Assembly (NCBI RefSeq): GCF_009834535.1
Contig: NC_045697.1
Coordinates: 25,484,001-25,548,000, forward strand
Direction: 5' to 3'
Source: Camelus ferus
Lineage: Eukaryota
Length of the DNA: 64,000 nt
Shown here: positions 25,707 through 39,892 of the stretch, piece by piece
Layout of the letters: each line of letters opens with the position of its first letter
How positions within the stretch are numbered: position 1 is the stretch's first letter
Translations under genes and position numbers: made by a program
The notes under the pieces: model-generated
Told to the model about the DNA's origin: nothing
The model's database searches: none
What the model saw: the letters and a program-made list of their open reading frames with translations, nothing else

Positions 25707-26879
25707 GAATTGTATTTCTTGTGTCAAGAAACATAAATATAGGAAAGAAGGAAAAAATGATTATCATTACTTATTAATAAAATTATTTGATTTGCTAAGC
25801 ATAAGTCATTGGGAAATGTAAACCACTAGAAAATTCTGAGATTTCAGTAATGTGGTCAGTTGCATGGATAAATATGAAAGAAAAAATATTTTTCTTAAAT
25901 TTTAATAGTACTTAGCAAGTATAATTTTAAAAAATTCCAATCCAAAAATTTTAAATATAAAATCTAGAACTATAAACTTCTTCATAAGTGTGTAGAACTT
26001 GTGTAAATAAAATTATAAAAGTCTATTTTAAGACCTGGGGTAAAATTGTTTTATGTGGAGAAACCCTTTTATTGATGGAAGATTTGCAATTTTGTAAAGA
26101 TTTCTGTGTCTCTAAATGTAATCACAATACAAAATTCTAGAGCAATATTTTTTAGAGATGGGAAAAAATACTCAAAAAGGTGTAATGGATCTAGCCAGGA
26201 AATTCTAGATGGTGAAAAATCAAATAATTGTAAAGAATTGGTTTTGTGTAGTAGGCAAAATATGTGGCTTGGGCTTTAGTGTTCTGAGTAGACAAGCACT
26301 AAGCCATAAAGCTAGAGCAAATTTCTGGATATTTCCTACCTTGTGCTCTAATTTTAGCCCTCTAATTTTTGGATCACAAAACTGTCCAGAGGTCTTGAGA
26401 GAGGAAAAGTTTGCATATTAGGACTTGGAGCAGTCACTATTTACCAACCAGCATAGAAGTGTTGAAATTCAACATTTAAACTAACATTATTTGTACAAGA
26501 TAATAGCTATATACCAGCCCTGACTGTGGTCTTGGTGCCAGATTTAAAACATACAGGAGGAATTTACCAAAAAGTATAGCTATCTATCAAGTTATTTTAA
26601 GGTGCATGATACATATGGCTTCTTTTAATCAGATGGATTTCATGAAATAACCAACTTCCTCGTTAAACCCTCACCATTATAGTAAACGTTGTAACCGAAT
26701 GTATTCCAAAGGGATTAAAGAATTATTTTTTTCATCAGCCAGACACATTCAGTCTATCAGTTTTAAATCTCTCTATTGTACTCTCAGATTAATTTTTAAT
26801 CTATATTTTAATCTAATTCACTTTCTTTTCATCTCCCCAATCAGCGAAATTCCAAGTAACCACCTAAGAAAGTAACTTT

Positions 26880-27440
26880 TCCTGCTTACTTTCTGCTGGT
26901 TCTCCATTTAGTACAGAATGACTTTATTTAAAAAAAAAGTTAAATCATATTTCCTTACAAAACATCTAGTAGATTTTTCATTTTAGGACTTAAAGGAAAA
27001 ATCTAAACTCTGTACCATAAAGGTAAGGATCTTTAAGATCTTCTCTGTTAAACATGCCCTTTTTGTCTCATGCTACTTTCTGCTCATCATCTTGTCACAC
27101 TGGTCTCCATAGTCCTATCTCTTACTGAGAACTTTCCTGCCTCAGGGTCTTTGCATAATTTGTTCATTCTTCATGGAAAACATTCCATCAAGGTGTTGCA
27201 GAGTAATTTCTTTTCATCTTCCATATCTACACTTAAATGTCGCCTTCTCCAAGAGGCTGTCTCTGAACACGGCATGATAGAGGGGCATAGCATCCATTAT
27301 ACTTGTGTATTTCCCCCACAGCATTCATCTCAGTCTGTACTTTATATGTTCCTATCTTTTGAACTTATTTTTGTCCCAATCTGGAATACTAACTGTTGAC
27401 TGGTGATGATATGTTTAGATTCAAAGTAAATGAACAAGTT
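26880..27440 (+). mobile_element. L2 fragment
   Basis: tcctgcctcagggtctttgca...cttaaatgtcgccttctccaagagg. Confidence 0.6.
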
Positions 27441-27804
27441 AGGGAATCAGCCTGGTCAAAGATTGTTTCCAAAAGGAAATGTGACCTATTCTCTTGGTTA
27501 CCTTTTATGCTTTTAATTGTGGAAAAAATATAAAATGAGACTCTTACTAAGTACTTATTCATCAGTAATATATCTGGGCACAAAAAAAATATTATCAGAA
27601 AGTGAAGTATTTGAGATTCCAGGTTACTGAATGAGTTTGTATATTTTCATTATGAGTACTAGATGGTAGACTGCTGAGCGTTGCTATGTTTTATAATGAA
27701 TATAAGTAAATTCCTGTAGTTTGATAAATACATTCCAATTCAAATTGAGAAACATGTAAACAATTATGAGACAAACAATTTCACACAACTTGTTTTGGAC
27801 TAAC

Positions 27805-28990
27805 TGTAACTCCGATAACCATTATATTCTGAACCAAAAAATAAAATAGTTATTTGATGGAATTGGAATGACCCAAATTACACAGAATCTGGGAATGAAT
27901 TGAGTCCTTGAAAGAAACTGCAGAGGGTGAGGTCCAAATTTGTGTGGCTTTGATGCAGGAAAAGAGATGTGGGGTGTGAGAAGGGCTGTGTCCCAGGCTT
28001 TGGTTGAGCCCCCGGACATGCCCCTCCAAGTGTGGGTCCTTGGCTTCGCACAGGAAAGAATTCAAGAGTGAGCCACAGTTGTGTGAAGGTAGATTTATTC
28101 AGAGAGATATATTGAAAGGCAAGAGAAAGGCCAGAGGTGTGGGGGTTGAGTGCTCAGATTAAAAGTATGTACACACTCCATAGACAGAATGTGGCTGGTC
28201 TCCGGGGGAGGAGGGAGGAGGGAGAGAGAAGAAAAGAGAGAGAGGTGGCTGAGAAGCACCCTGTTGCTAGTTTTTATGGGCTTGGTGGCTTCATATACTA
28301 AGAAGTGGAAGGACCAGTCTAAGTAGCCTGGGGAAGGGGCTGGGATTCCCAGGAAGTTGGCCGTTTCCCACTCTTTGACCTTTTGTGGCTAGCCTTGGGA
28401 CTGCCGTGGTGCCTGTGGGTATGTTATTTACCACGTTAATACATTACAGTGGGCGTATAATGAAGCTCAAGATCTGCTAAGAGTCAAATTTCCAACCACC
28501 TTGAGCCTCAAGGCCTACTGGGGGTTGAATCTTTCACCATTTTGATGCTAATTGCTGTAGCATTCCTTGAATGGCTGTGCCCTGCCCCCTTCCTGTCTCA
28601 GCTTAACCCCTTACCCACTCTCCAGTTAATTAGCAAGAGCTGGTAAGAGCTTTTGGGGAAATCCTCATCATTGGCTTAAGGTGTCAGAGGGATTCAGGGC
28701 TGTCACTGAGGGGTGAAACTTGGAAAGGAAGGCGTAATATAATGTGAATATAAAGCTGTAATTATAACCTCCCCCCCAAATCCTTGGCTGGATGTGCATA
28801 TGCACTAAAGACTCCAGTGATGCCAGGGCAGACCTGCTAGGGTCCCACTCCCCGTGCTTCGGTCTTGGACTCTTCGAGGCAATAGCTAAGACAGGCACCA
28901 GGCTCACCTTGCTTATTTTTCCCACTCTCAGTGATCATTGCCTTGTGCTTTTGTTTCTGGAAATAATTTTTCCATATTTTTTCCTGGAAT
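27805..28990. mobile_element. Possible older LTR hosting the 27951-28600 insertion
   Basis: GC-richer LTR-like sequence on both sides of the inner LTR, starting tgtaac; ends uncertain. Confidence 0.3.
27951..28600 (-). mobile_element. ERV1-class solo LTR (650 bp)
   Basis: TG...CA termini, perfect 4-bp TSD gctt, aggaaagaattcaagagtgagcc motif, minus-strand AATAAA at 28094-28099. Confidence 0.92.
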
Positions 28991-29059
28991 GTTTGTTCTT
29001 TCAAGCAAGGATTGTTACTTCATCATGGCTGGAAATGGCAGTCTTCTACTTTAAACCAT

Positions 29060-29546
29060 TGTCAACTGAAATAAATGCACAGCCTAAAAGTTGAGAGTTA
29101 TGTTTTATTCGGTAGACAATTCTAAGGACTCAGCCCAGGATGACAGCCTCTCAGATCGCTCTGAGGGACTGCTCCAAAGAGGTGGGGGAGGAGCTAGGAT
29201 ATATAGGAGTTTTACAACAAAGACCAGGTAGTTGGAACATTAAAAGATTACTTGTTAACTAAAGAAAACCAGGCATCTCAAGTTAAAGAATTTAGTGCTT
29301 TTCTGTGTGTGGGAGGAAGCAAGCTTTTGGGCTCCTTGAATTCATTCCTTTGACAAGCCCCTAGCTATCTAGGGCCAGTATCCTGTCCTTTCTTATTCTG
29401 AGTCCCCTCAGGGTGCACCATTGTGAGTGGCTGCAGAGGCTGGGCTGCAGGCTTGTCTTCACTGGGGGGTGGCGGCAGCCGCTGATGACTTGATGGCTTC
29501 AGCATTCTTTGTTTTCTGATATGGTTTGCAGTATTTTTTGATCACA
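29060..29546 (-). mobile_element. ERV1 solo LTR, MER41-like of cetartiodactyls (487 bp)
   Basis: tgtcaactgaaa...gcacagcctaaaagttgagagttatgttttattcgg...cagcctctcagatcgctctgagggactgctccaaagagg; TG...CA; perfect TSD ccat. Confidence 0.88.
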
Positions 29547-30639
29547 CCATTAACATTGCATAAGAAAGAGATTTAGGAAGTTTTAAAGTAAATTTCGTAT
29601 CATTTCCACCTATGTTATATGTTATTTTAAAACTACGTTCAGTGTCTCATATGCATACCAGGAAGTTTTATATCATGTAAGCATACTTTTACAAGATCAA
29701 TATAAAGTGTTTCTTGTTATTCCTTTATTTCAATGTTTTCTTAAACCATGAACTTTTCACTTTTTGAAAACTAGTAGAAAGAAATTGGGTTTGAGATCAT
29801 TTCCTAAGTAACACTTCTGTATTCTTTATACTGGAGCCAAACAAAATAAAACAAGAAGCAGCTTTTGTGAAGCATGAAAACTGATCTCTAATTCCCTTTC
29901 AACGATCTTGCCAAGGTTGGGAAGAAGAATTTACGGAGTACGAGCATGCATGAGACTGGAGCCAATGAAAGATAGGAAGAAAACTGTTGACTGTCAGGTC
30001 AAATTACAAAAATATCTACATCCTAACCTGTCAAAAATGAGTCCTGTGATATTTTTGGTGTTGGAGTGGGAGTCGGGGGTGGGAGTGCCTACATTTTAAC
30101 ATATTTTCCCAGGCCTCAAAGTGAAATTGATTAGAAGGAAAAAGGTTAGAGGAAAGATAATAACATATTCATCTATCACTAGCAATAGATGGAACAGACA
30201 TTGTCTCCCCAGCTAGCCTGGAAGGTTCCCATTTACCTTTGATTCTGAGCTGTTTGGAAAGCCCTGGTTATCAAGACATACCCATCTTACCCAGTTAGGG
30301 GTGCCTTTTGTTCTTTTGGAGCCTTGAAGGAAAAGCTCTGGAAGGCACTCTTTGTTTCTTTTGATTATCACCAAATTTAGCCCCAAACATCCAGAGACAC
30401 TGGGGATGTGTTCAGGTTTTGCTGGCTTCAGCTTCAGACTAAGCAGTCAGTGAATTCACTTGCTCCAAAGTAAAGGGTGAATCAGAGGCTTCGCTGCAGC
30501 TTCCAGGGATCAGCATTTCTCAAGACCTTGTGCCTTATCTCTCTCTGAAACATGCTGGAATCGTTAAAGAATTCACAAAAATGGACTGTGTTGTCTTGTT
30601 AAGTACCTGAGCTCCCGCTTCAACAAATAACATTTATCA

Positions 30640-32280
30640 GCTTTCTAGAGTAGTGTTCTAATTTTCTTGTTTTCTTTCCTTCTGGGAGATTTTTTAGCAT
30701 CTTTATTTTCCAATATTTTTACTAAATTTTAGCTTCTGCCATCATACACTTAACTTCCAGTGTTTCAGTAAACAATTACTTATTACAGCATTCTTTCTTA
30801 TTATGGATACTCAAAAGGCTAAAAATATTAATGATTGTTACCTCAAAGAGGGAAGGGAAAAACCTTGGTTCTTGTCTTGCCTGAAAGAGAAGAATTCAGC
30901 TGGGAGATGGAAGTGTTACATAGAGAAAGATTTTAAAGATTTTTTTAGCAGAGCAAAAGTACACCTTCAGGAATGGAAAGTGGGCTGATCCAAGGGTGCA
31001 TAGCAATGGTCTTTGTCCCTTCCCTTATACCCTTGCTTAGAGGTGGTCTCTTGATTAATTGATGGCTCTTGGCTCTGGAGTGCTTAGTCATGCTTGTCCC
31101 CTTTTGTGCATGTCCTTACTCTTGATGCACACAGAAAAACCCATGGTGGTGGGGAGGGGGCACCTAAACTGCAGCACTAATTATATTACAATGAGCATTG
31201 GGTCATGTTCTGTTAAGTCCTTGTCACTGCCATGCAGTTGCGGCCCTTGGGTTTTAACCAGTTTCTTGCTGGCACTCATTTAGAGGAAGTAGTGCCTTTA
31301 TGCTGAGGGTGGGCATAACACCATCTTTTGGACCATCTGCCCTGTCCTCCACCTTATCTGCCCAGTGCCCCCACTTACCTAACTACCTAACATGATGACC
31401 TTTTAAGCTTGATTACTTTGGCCTTATCTCTGTTTCCTTCAATTTGCATTTGTTTCCTGTTTTTCTTTTGTTTCTGCTTTTGATTTTAGATAATTTTCTT
31501 AAGATATTTTCTTTAGATTATGTTTTTTTTACATATGTGATCATCCTTATCTGTTACTTTATATTTAGTGATAGAAAATTAAAATCTGATTGAAAAAGAC
31601 TGTTCTGTATTACTCCAACAGACACACACGCCCACACTCACACCCACACAATCAGAGTATCTTTGTGAATTTTCTTTTCATTCAACACATTTCTGAGAAA
31701 AAAACTATTCCAGTGTCCTAAATAGACTATAAACCACCTGGTTACCAATGTTGTGCCTAGCACAAGAGGAAAGGCAGTTGTGATCTCTGCCTTCTGCAAA
31801 CACTCATTTAATGTCCAGTCTGGACTATGGCACTCGGGTCTGTCATTGAGCTGATGTCCTGAAATCTTTTCTCTCCCCCTCTGCAGGGATTAAATCTCCA
31901 GGCTTCATCCAAGAAGTAGGGAACATGCAGATCTGGAGAATTAACCTGGTAAATCCCCCAGTCTTTTTCTTAAAAGACTGTCACATAATCCTGTTATTTT
32001 TATTCCTCCAGCACATCTCCCCACCCATACCTTCTTCAGTGTTTGACACATTTATGATAAGGATTGATTTTCTATTTATTATTTTAGTTTCAGAGATTTT
32101 TGGTTCAGGTAAGCCGGTTTCCACTCATCTATCATCCTACCGGATATCTCTGTCTCTCTGTCTCTCTCTATATAGCTGTTTTGTCCTTGTGGGAAAATAC
32201 CTTTAAAAAGTCCATTATGGTCATTGTAGCAGTTTGCAGACATAGTAGAACTTATTGTTCAATCCATTCATTTTAATCAA
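30640..32280 (-). mobile_element. Old L1 fragments split by an LTR
   Basis: T-rich antisense L1M-like sequence on both sides of 30836-31392. Confidence 0.45.
30836..31392 (-). mobile_element. ERV1-class solo LTR (557 bp), related to 13940-14542
   Basis: tgttacc...ctaactacctaaca termini shared with the 13940 LTR; perfect TSD tgat. Confidence 0.9.
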
Positions 32281-35200
32281 GAGTTTTACTTTTCTTAAGT
32301 ACTTTTGATTTTCATGCTACACTAGGTAGAAATAATTCGAATTTGGTTTAAAAAAGTATAAACTCTTTATAGCTATCAGTATAACTACAACACATATGCA
32401 TATAAAGGAATACATTATGAAAATGACTCAAACACATTATAAACTCATCAAGCTGTAAGAATTCTGCTAAACAGAAGGTTAAATGTAAAATTTCTTTCTT
32501 GTTATTCCTTTCATAGGGTATTTTTAGCACAGTGGGTCAATTTGTAGTAGCATCTTACCAGCATAGATTAAAAATAAAGAGGACAATATGCTGAAATAAA
32601 ATTGATGGAGGTTCCCTGTTTATTTTCTAACAATATACAGTAGAAAATATATTTTTAAAATGTTATTATATTTTCATTGTTATTCTTCTGAGACAATTAT
32701 TACAAAGAGCCCAAGGATACATATATATTTCTGAAAGTCATATTTTCTTAGTAAAGAATTGCCTAGTTTTATGTCCACCATTTATCAGATTGAGGCACTA
32801 TATCCTGACTGTACAAGAGAGGACTAATTTATTATTAATAGAGCTTTATACAAACAAGCATTCATGCCATCAGTTTGCCCTCTTTAACTGTACCTCTGGG
32901 TACCATGTGAATCATTTATGAGGTGGCTGTATGTCACACAGTTGAAAAGACTGCAGATTTACAGAGCATACCGTGGCACACACACATACCTACACACACA
33001 CACAGACACACATTATGTGAACTTCTTTTCATAAGAAGCCATTCCTCATTTAGTAGGATAATAAATATAGAAAACATATGCTTTATTAATTAGGAAAGAT
33101 TTTCTCAGATTAGTAGACTTTAGCCTAATAGCAGGGAAATAATTGTAGTGAGACATCATGATTGGTTATAGATTATATTAATGATAAAATACTATAAGAA
33201 GGTTAATTTTTTTAAAGGTTGAACAAAAATGTTAGCAAGACATCAGATTATCAGACCAGATTACCAAATGTCATGGATATAATAGAAAAAAGTGGGAAAT
33301 ATTAAAAGAGGCAAGCCATTCTTATCAAATTAACCACACTAAAAAAATACATCATGGGCCACTATATTACCTCACCACAGAATGTTTATTTCCTGACATG
33401 GAAATGCACTTTGTATGATAACAGTCACAAGGTGATTAATTGTTGTAAAAGTTGACTAAATATCAAGAATATATTTTATTTTAGAATTCTGTTTGTTTTT
33501 AATTTTATTCATGATCTTCAGATGTTATGTATACAAAGCCAGGCATATAACAATAAGTCACACTGCTAGACAGCAGCTACAGAACTCTGCTCAGCTAAGT
33601 CATTAATCTCATATACTGTTCATAATGTGATCTTCCTGCAAAATACCATCCCGGCAGTAGTAGATAACAGTAACTTAATACCTATTTTTGTCTGCTCTAA
33701 ATGTGAGTTGTATTTGGAGTGTAGGAAAATAATAATAATTGTTTAGATTGACTAAATATATAATTGTCATAATCTAAATATCCTGTATCTCTCAGAAACT
33801 GTCTCTTTTTAAAATGTAATTAACATTGCCAATAAAAATAAATTTTGTCTATTAGATGTTTGCTGTCTTGAGAAAATATTCCAAGTATCATTTTTCTAGT
33901 TTTTCTGCAGGAGAATAATTTTAATGGGGATATCATTAATAAATAAATTTAATAAAATGTTTCATAAAAAATTAGAATGTACTGAAAAATTAAACAACAT
34001 TAAAATTCTTAAAATGAGTAAACAGTGGTAGAACTATCTTCTAAATGATCCAATATGAGGAACACATTTTACGTCTAAATATTTTCAGACGACCACATGG
34101 TATCATTTATGCAGTAAGTATTCACTGACTAATAATGTACTTAATTGAATGAAAACAATATGAATTTACTTTGAAAAAATGATTAATCACAGCTACCTAT
34201 ACATGTGAAAGGTAGCAAAACAAAAATCTGTAAGATTATGCAGAATATAGACAAAATTTTTTAAGTATCTAGATTAGAAGACATTACAGTAATTCTGTGG
34301 TTCTCTAGGGTCCACTGGTCATAAAATATATCCCTTTTTTAGTCAATAAAAAATTCAAATTTTTAAGAAAGATTAATTGGCAATTGAAGTTTACAGAGAG
34401 ATTAAAATCTATAATCAATATCACTATATAATTTAAGCCTATAATTAGTGCTTTTATACTTAGTAGAAATGAAATTCTATAAAAGAAAATAATCATACCA
34501 AATAAAACTATCTACATATATTAACATATAGTAAAAAAAAATAAGGCATTTTTAAGAGAAGTTTATTTTGTGTCAATTTTAAGTGAGAAGGATATGTTTG
34601 ATTTTGAAATACCTTTTCTACTCAATTCAGCTTTTAAAATCAAAACATCTTAAATATCTACATTATGTATCAGGACTTCATTGTTAAGACTGATAAAAAT
34701 TTGGACAGGTCTATGATTTAGAAATGGTATTTAAATGTAAGTCATTCAACTGCAATTCCTTAAGTTCTTAGAACACCTGAATGATCTATAAAAAGAACCC
34801 ATCATTGTGTTGTCAAAATGAGCGATTATGGCTTTATTGTCAAGAACAAATGATTACAATTGTTTTAAACACGACTTTAACATTTTGTAATTACACACAA
34901 ATTACATTTTTGCAATATTGTCAACTAGGGTGAGTCAGATTTCTGATTTTTGTGAAATAAAAGAATAGAAATATAAAATTTTACAGTTTAATTTTTTATT
35001 ACTCATCCACATATAGAAATATAAATGATGTATTTATTTCTATCATAATTAAATGTGACTACCTACAAATATTATTTCACTCAAACCTTAGTAAGAGGGT
35101 CATTTTGATGGCAAAGCAAGGAGTACCTAAGCTATGGAAGGCAGATTTCTTTGGCAATCAATAGGAATGTATTATTCAATAGACCTGCCAACTTCTTTAG

Positions 35201-35899
35201 ACCTGACAGTATATCATGCTGTTACTTATCTCTTCATATCTCTTCTCAAACCCTGTCACTTGGCAGAGTAAAAACTTTCTCTGGTCTTTGCCAAGCAGAT
35301 CTTCAACAATAGTCATAAAAATCATTTTTTATGCCTAAATAAAATGGAAAAAATGTTGCAATTAACTGAGGGTTCTAGAAGTCATGGTAGTGCTTTTCTA
35401 AACACTATTTTATTTCCAAAGATTAGCAATGTGCTTAGGTCAATATATGTGCACCCCTGGATGAAAAAATGAATGAATCAGTGAACAAAAAATTCTCAAA
35501 TATAAAATATTTTTCAGATTTGTATTTGAGAATAACATAAGCCTCCCATCACCTCTTGAGGTTCTAGAAATGTAAGGCAGCTTTCAACTGAATAATGTAT
35601 TATGCATTTTAAATGCAAATTGCAGTCTTGCTTGCTTTATGCCACATTTTCAGTGATTAACAAGAAGAGTTAATTCTAAGCCAACTTGGAAATGCAAATG
35701 TTCTTAAAAAATCAAGTCAAAGTTTTTAAACTTCACTTTTTCACAATTTTTGGTGAAATTGAAATATGTTGCAATGTTTTTTTAATGGGAATGTAGTGTT
35801 GCCAAAAGGGCCAAAAATGCTGATTTATTGTTCTCCCAGTTTTTCACTTTGTTTTTTTCAAATTAAAAAGCACAGAGACTAACAGTATGAACACAAGTT

Positions 35900-37100
35900 G
35901 TTCACAGCACTCAAAATTAGTATGTATTTTCTTAACTCCATTCACCATTAGACATTTCCAGAAAATAAATAGTGTATATTGTTCCAGTGCATATTTCTAT
36001 ATATAGTACATATGGAAAGCCATAAACTTTAAGATGATACTTTTTTCTTTTATTTTTTATTGAAGTACAGTCAGTGACAATGTGTCAATTTCTGGTGTAC
36101 AGCACAGTGTCCCAGTCAAGCATATACATATATATATTTATGAGATGACACTTTTTATGAATGGTTGTAATTCATATAAGTTCTGTCATACTATTCTGTC
36201 TCATAGAAATTTGCTATTTTCATTTAACATAATGTTTTGAAACCACAAGCATGTTGATACATGTAGATCAAGGAAAATTTTTTTTTTTTGCTACACAGAA
36301 TCTCATTATATGATTATGAGGAATTCTTCCTTTGATCATTGTGATTATGAAATTGCTTATTCATAGTTTTTATTGGTTAATTTTATACTTATTTTTATAC
36401 TCATTTGTCTTTTGCTTATTAGAACATTTAGAATGTCTTTTGTTTTACAAAATATTTAATATTTAATTTAATATTTATTTTAATATGTATTTAAAATCAT
36501 AAAAAATTTATCAGTTCCTTAATATACTTGCTTTTTGCTTTTTAAGATACATTCATGTATCAAGGTAAAAAATTTTTCTCTAAGTTTTATTTTCTGAAGA
36601 CTTAATTGTTTTCATGTGATTATTTTGACTGATTTGATGTCTAATATGTTGTTTTCCTATAGTTAGTATTTCTAACTTTTGGAAAAGTTGTTAAACTTTT
36701 CTTGATTATTTATAAGGCTTTCTCTCTCAAATTACAGCAAAATATCTGTATATTTTTGTCCTCTGACTCCTTCTTCTAGTCCACTAATCTATTTCTATAA
36801 TTTTGTACAAAACTATTAGATTTTATGTAGTATATTTTTATGTCTTGATTTCTAGACAATGCAAAAATTGCCTTACATTCTTTGTGTTTCTCATGATAGA
36901 CAGCTTTGAAGACCATTTGTTATAATGCTATTGTATTTTGTTTTGCTTTGATTTAAATGAAAATCTACTATGTCTTTCAATCATCCTTTTCAATTTTCTT
37001 TTAATCATGTTTTGTGTAATTTTGTTAAATTCATTCTTAAATATTTTAGAATTTTGCTGCTATTTAAAATGATGTCTCCACAGGCATACTTTATTTTGGA
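35900..37100 (-). mobile_element. Old L1ME-like fragments
   Basis: Antisense L1 phrases (catgttgatacatgtagatc; tttgttaaattcattcttaaatatttt). Confidence 0.5.
36040..36140 (-). mobile_element. Very short 5'-truncated young L1 3' end
   Basis: ttttattgaagtacagtcagt...tgtgtcaatttctggtgtacagca; TSD agatgatactttt/agatgacactttt. Confidence 0.85.
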
Positions 37101-37289
37101 ATCAGTTGTTATTGTTTTTCTAATATTATTGCTTCCTCCTCCTCTCCTTCTCTTTATCCTCTCTATGTCTCTCTCCCTCTGTCTTTCCTCTTACTGCCTT
37201 TGAGATTCAATAGGGTAGTGATGATGAGCAAATTGTCTTGGTGGCAATATTCTCATGATTGGGATCTCTCTTTCCAGCTGCATCTCACT

Positions 37290-37495
37290 CGATTCCACAC
37301 TAAAAGAGTTTACTGTGCTTTAGGGCTCTTGTAATTACATGGGACTCATCCTTAAAATCCACGATCATCTCCCTATTTTAATGTCCTTAATCTTAATCTC
37401 AACTGCAAATTTTCTTTTGCCATGTAATGTAACATACTCACAGCTTCCAGAGATTAGGGCATTGACAGTTCTCATGGGAAATCTGCCCACTACAC
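37290..37495. mobile_element. MaLR (MLT1) LTR fragment
   Basis: atctccctatttta...ctgcaaattttcttttgccatgtaatgtaacatactcacag...attagggc. Confidence 0.7.
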
Positions 37496-37599
37496 ATGGC
37501 ATAGAAAAGGGTATCATAGCTCTTGACTCATGATACTAGGTACAGGAATTCATACATGAATGTCTTGTAAGAAATTGATAGGGATATAATAAAATTACA

Positions 37600-37740
37600 T
37601 TATAACACATAAATAGCACTTATTACTGTGAAAAACATTGTTGAAAACATTTCATTTTTAGTCCTCACAGTTGTGTGAAGTAAATAGGATTGATGTCCCA
37701 GTTTTATACATGAGGAAACTGAAGCACAGATTAGTTACCA
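37600..37740 (-). mobile_element. MIR SINE fragment
   Basis: tttatacatgaggaaactgaagcacaga. Confidence 0.7.
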
Positions 37741-37753
37741 TATATAGCAACTA

Positions 37754-37782
37754 AAAAGAAAGGAAGAGGGAAGGAAGGAAGG

Positions 37783-37860
<78 letters not shown>

Positions 37861-37880
37861 GGAAAGAAAGGGAAAGAAAA
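37754..37880. repeat. (GGAA)n/(GAAA)n microsatellite
   Basis: Directly visible. Confidence 0.95.
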
Positions 37881-38689
37881 AGTTGGTTTTGACTTTGCTA
37901 AAGATGGGATGACTACATTGTTTCATAAACTGTATGGTTCAGCTCTTTAGCATTTGTCTATCTTCAAGAGACAGTGTGTCTCAAACTGATATAATTTCTC
38001 TAGCAAGGTTACACTTATAGTTATTCATTTTCATCCATATTGGGTTGCAGACTATTCCCTTTCCTCCAATGACAGTTATCAATAAAACAGGCAGATATGG
38101 AAGAAGTTGCTGCCTTAAATTGGAGGAAACTGTCATGAAGGATTATTTTTCATATGCATGAGTCCTCAAAAGACTGTGCAAGATCATTCTGAGTGACAGG
38201 AGACATCCTATCAGTAAGAAATATCACAAAAGCCATGATAAAAACTTTGTGCTGCAGCAGACTACTGCATTTGAATTAGGTACACAGTGTACCAGAAAGG
38301 GAAGAAAGAGTATTATATAAATATTATATAATCTTGACCAATGAGATCATTTTAAAAAGATAAATTAATTACAAAAAGTGGGAAATTAGCATAGGAATGT
38401 CTAAAGCAATATCATTTGAGAATGTAAAACTAGTCGTTCTTGATTTGTATTTTCTAATTTTTCTACCAATGATTCAGAGCTGAATTTATTCCTCTGTGGC
38501 TTTACAAAGGAATAAATGTTAGGTAGGGAAATTCTCACCATAATTATTGGTATTTTGTGTCTAATTTTTCCTCTAATGCTTTTTGTATCAAAAATAAATA
38601 TTAACACTCTAGATATTTACATTTTATTTAGAATGACTTCCTCTCTCAGTCTCCTCACTGTGACCTCACTTCTGTGAAAATGATCCTAT

Positions 38690-39818
38690 GTTTTCATTCA
38701 TCATATATCTGTCTTCTCATCAAAACAGCAAGTTCTTTGGAAATGAGTGCTGTATTATCATTTGCAAAGTGCTGACACACAGGAGACACTCAATCCATGT
38801 TTGTTGACTGACTGAATAAATCAGTGGAACTTGCCTTCTCTATCATGATGAGAAAATGAGACAGAGTGAGCAGTGGAGTAAACCAATATTCGGATAAGAA
38901 GGAAGTATGTCCAAAAGGAAATGGTCAGCATTGCCAAATGCTACAAAATGATTAAGGAGAACAAAGACCAAGAGGCGATAGCTGCCAGATTGTAATGAGA
39001 AAGAATGTGAGTGCAAGGTAAAGAAAGTGCAGCAGAAGTGAAAAATAACATAATCGCTCTTGTAGACAATAGAAGTAAAAAACTGGTCATAGAAACAGTG
39101 CACAGAAAGGGCAAATAAGCTTGTTTGCAAGGGAAGGACTTAGGTTAATGCAAAAGAAAGGAAAGAGTACATTGTGCAGTCAGAATGGAAGCAGGGAGAA
39201 AGAACTTGTTAAGTTTACTTTTACAGCAATTCTGTGAAGTATCCTTACACTTTTATTGTTCTCTCTAAAATGTCATTCTTCTGATTGAATCAATACTTTT
39301 ATAAAAATTGGTGTGGCATATGCTTAAAAAAGAAAAAAAATGTATGAATTAAATTTAGTGATCAATTTTTACATTGCTTGTTTATTTACATTATGCCTCA
39401 TTCCATGAAGCTATTCAGATAGTTGGTGACAAATAAAATTTGTTGAAATGTTATCAGTGTAAGATGCAAGTAAAAGAAAACTATTTTGCAAACTAGAAGT
39501 CAGTTCAGGGCAGAAAATACATATGGAACATACACTTTTTAGTTGCAGACTCTACGTGAGGTAATATACTACAGAGGTGCCTAGGAGTTCCTATCCTTGA
39601 TGGGCAAACAGTTTAATGATAGAGATAAATGGACCAACTTCAATACAGGCATTAAAATAAAGACATGTACAGTGTGATATGACAGCAAAGAAGGGAAGGG
39701 CATTTCAGAGGAGTTTTCTAGAGGCTTTGATAACTGATTAGAAATGGGAGGAGACAAAGAATTACAGGATACATCTGAGATTACAGATTCATATACCTCG
39801 GGTAAATTATTGCCATTA

Positions 39819-39892
<74 letters not shown>

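Noticed and set aside
13940..31392. Single provirus bounded by the two related LTRs
   Set aside because: Each LTR has its own TSD, they are diverged, and no gag/pol/env is visible between them.
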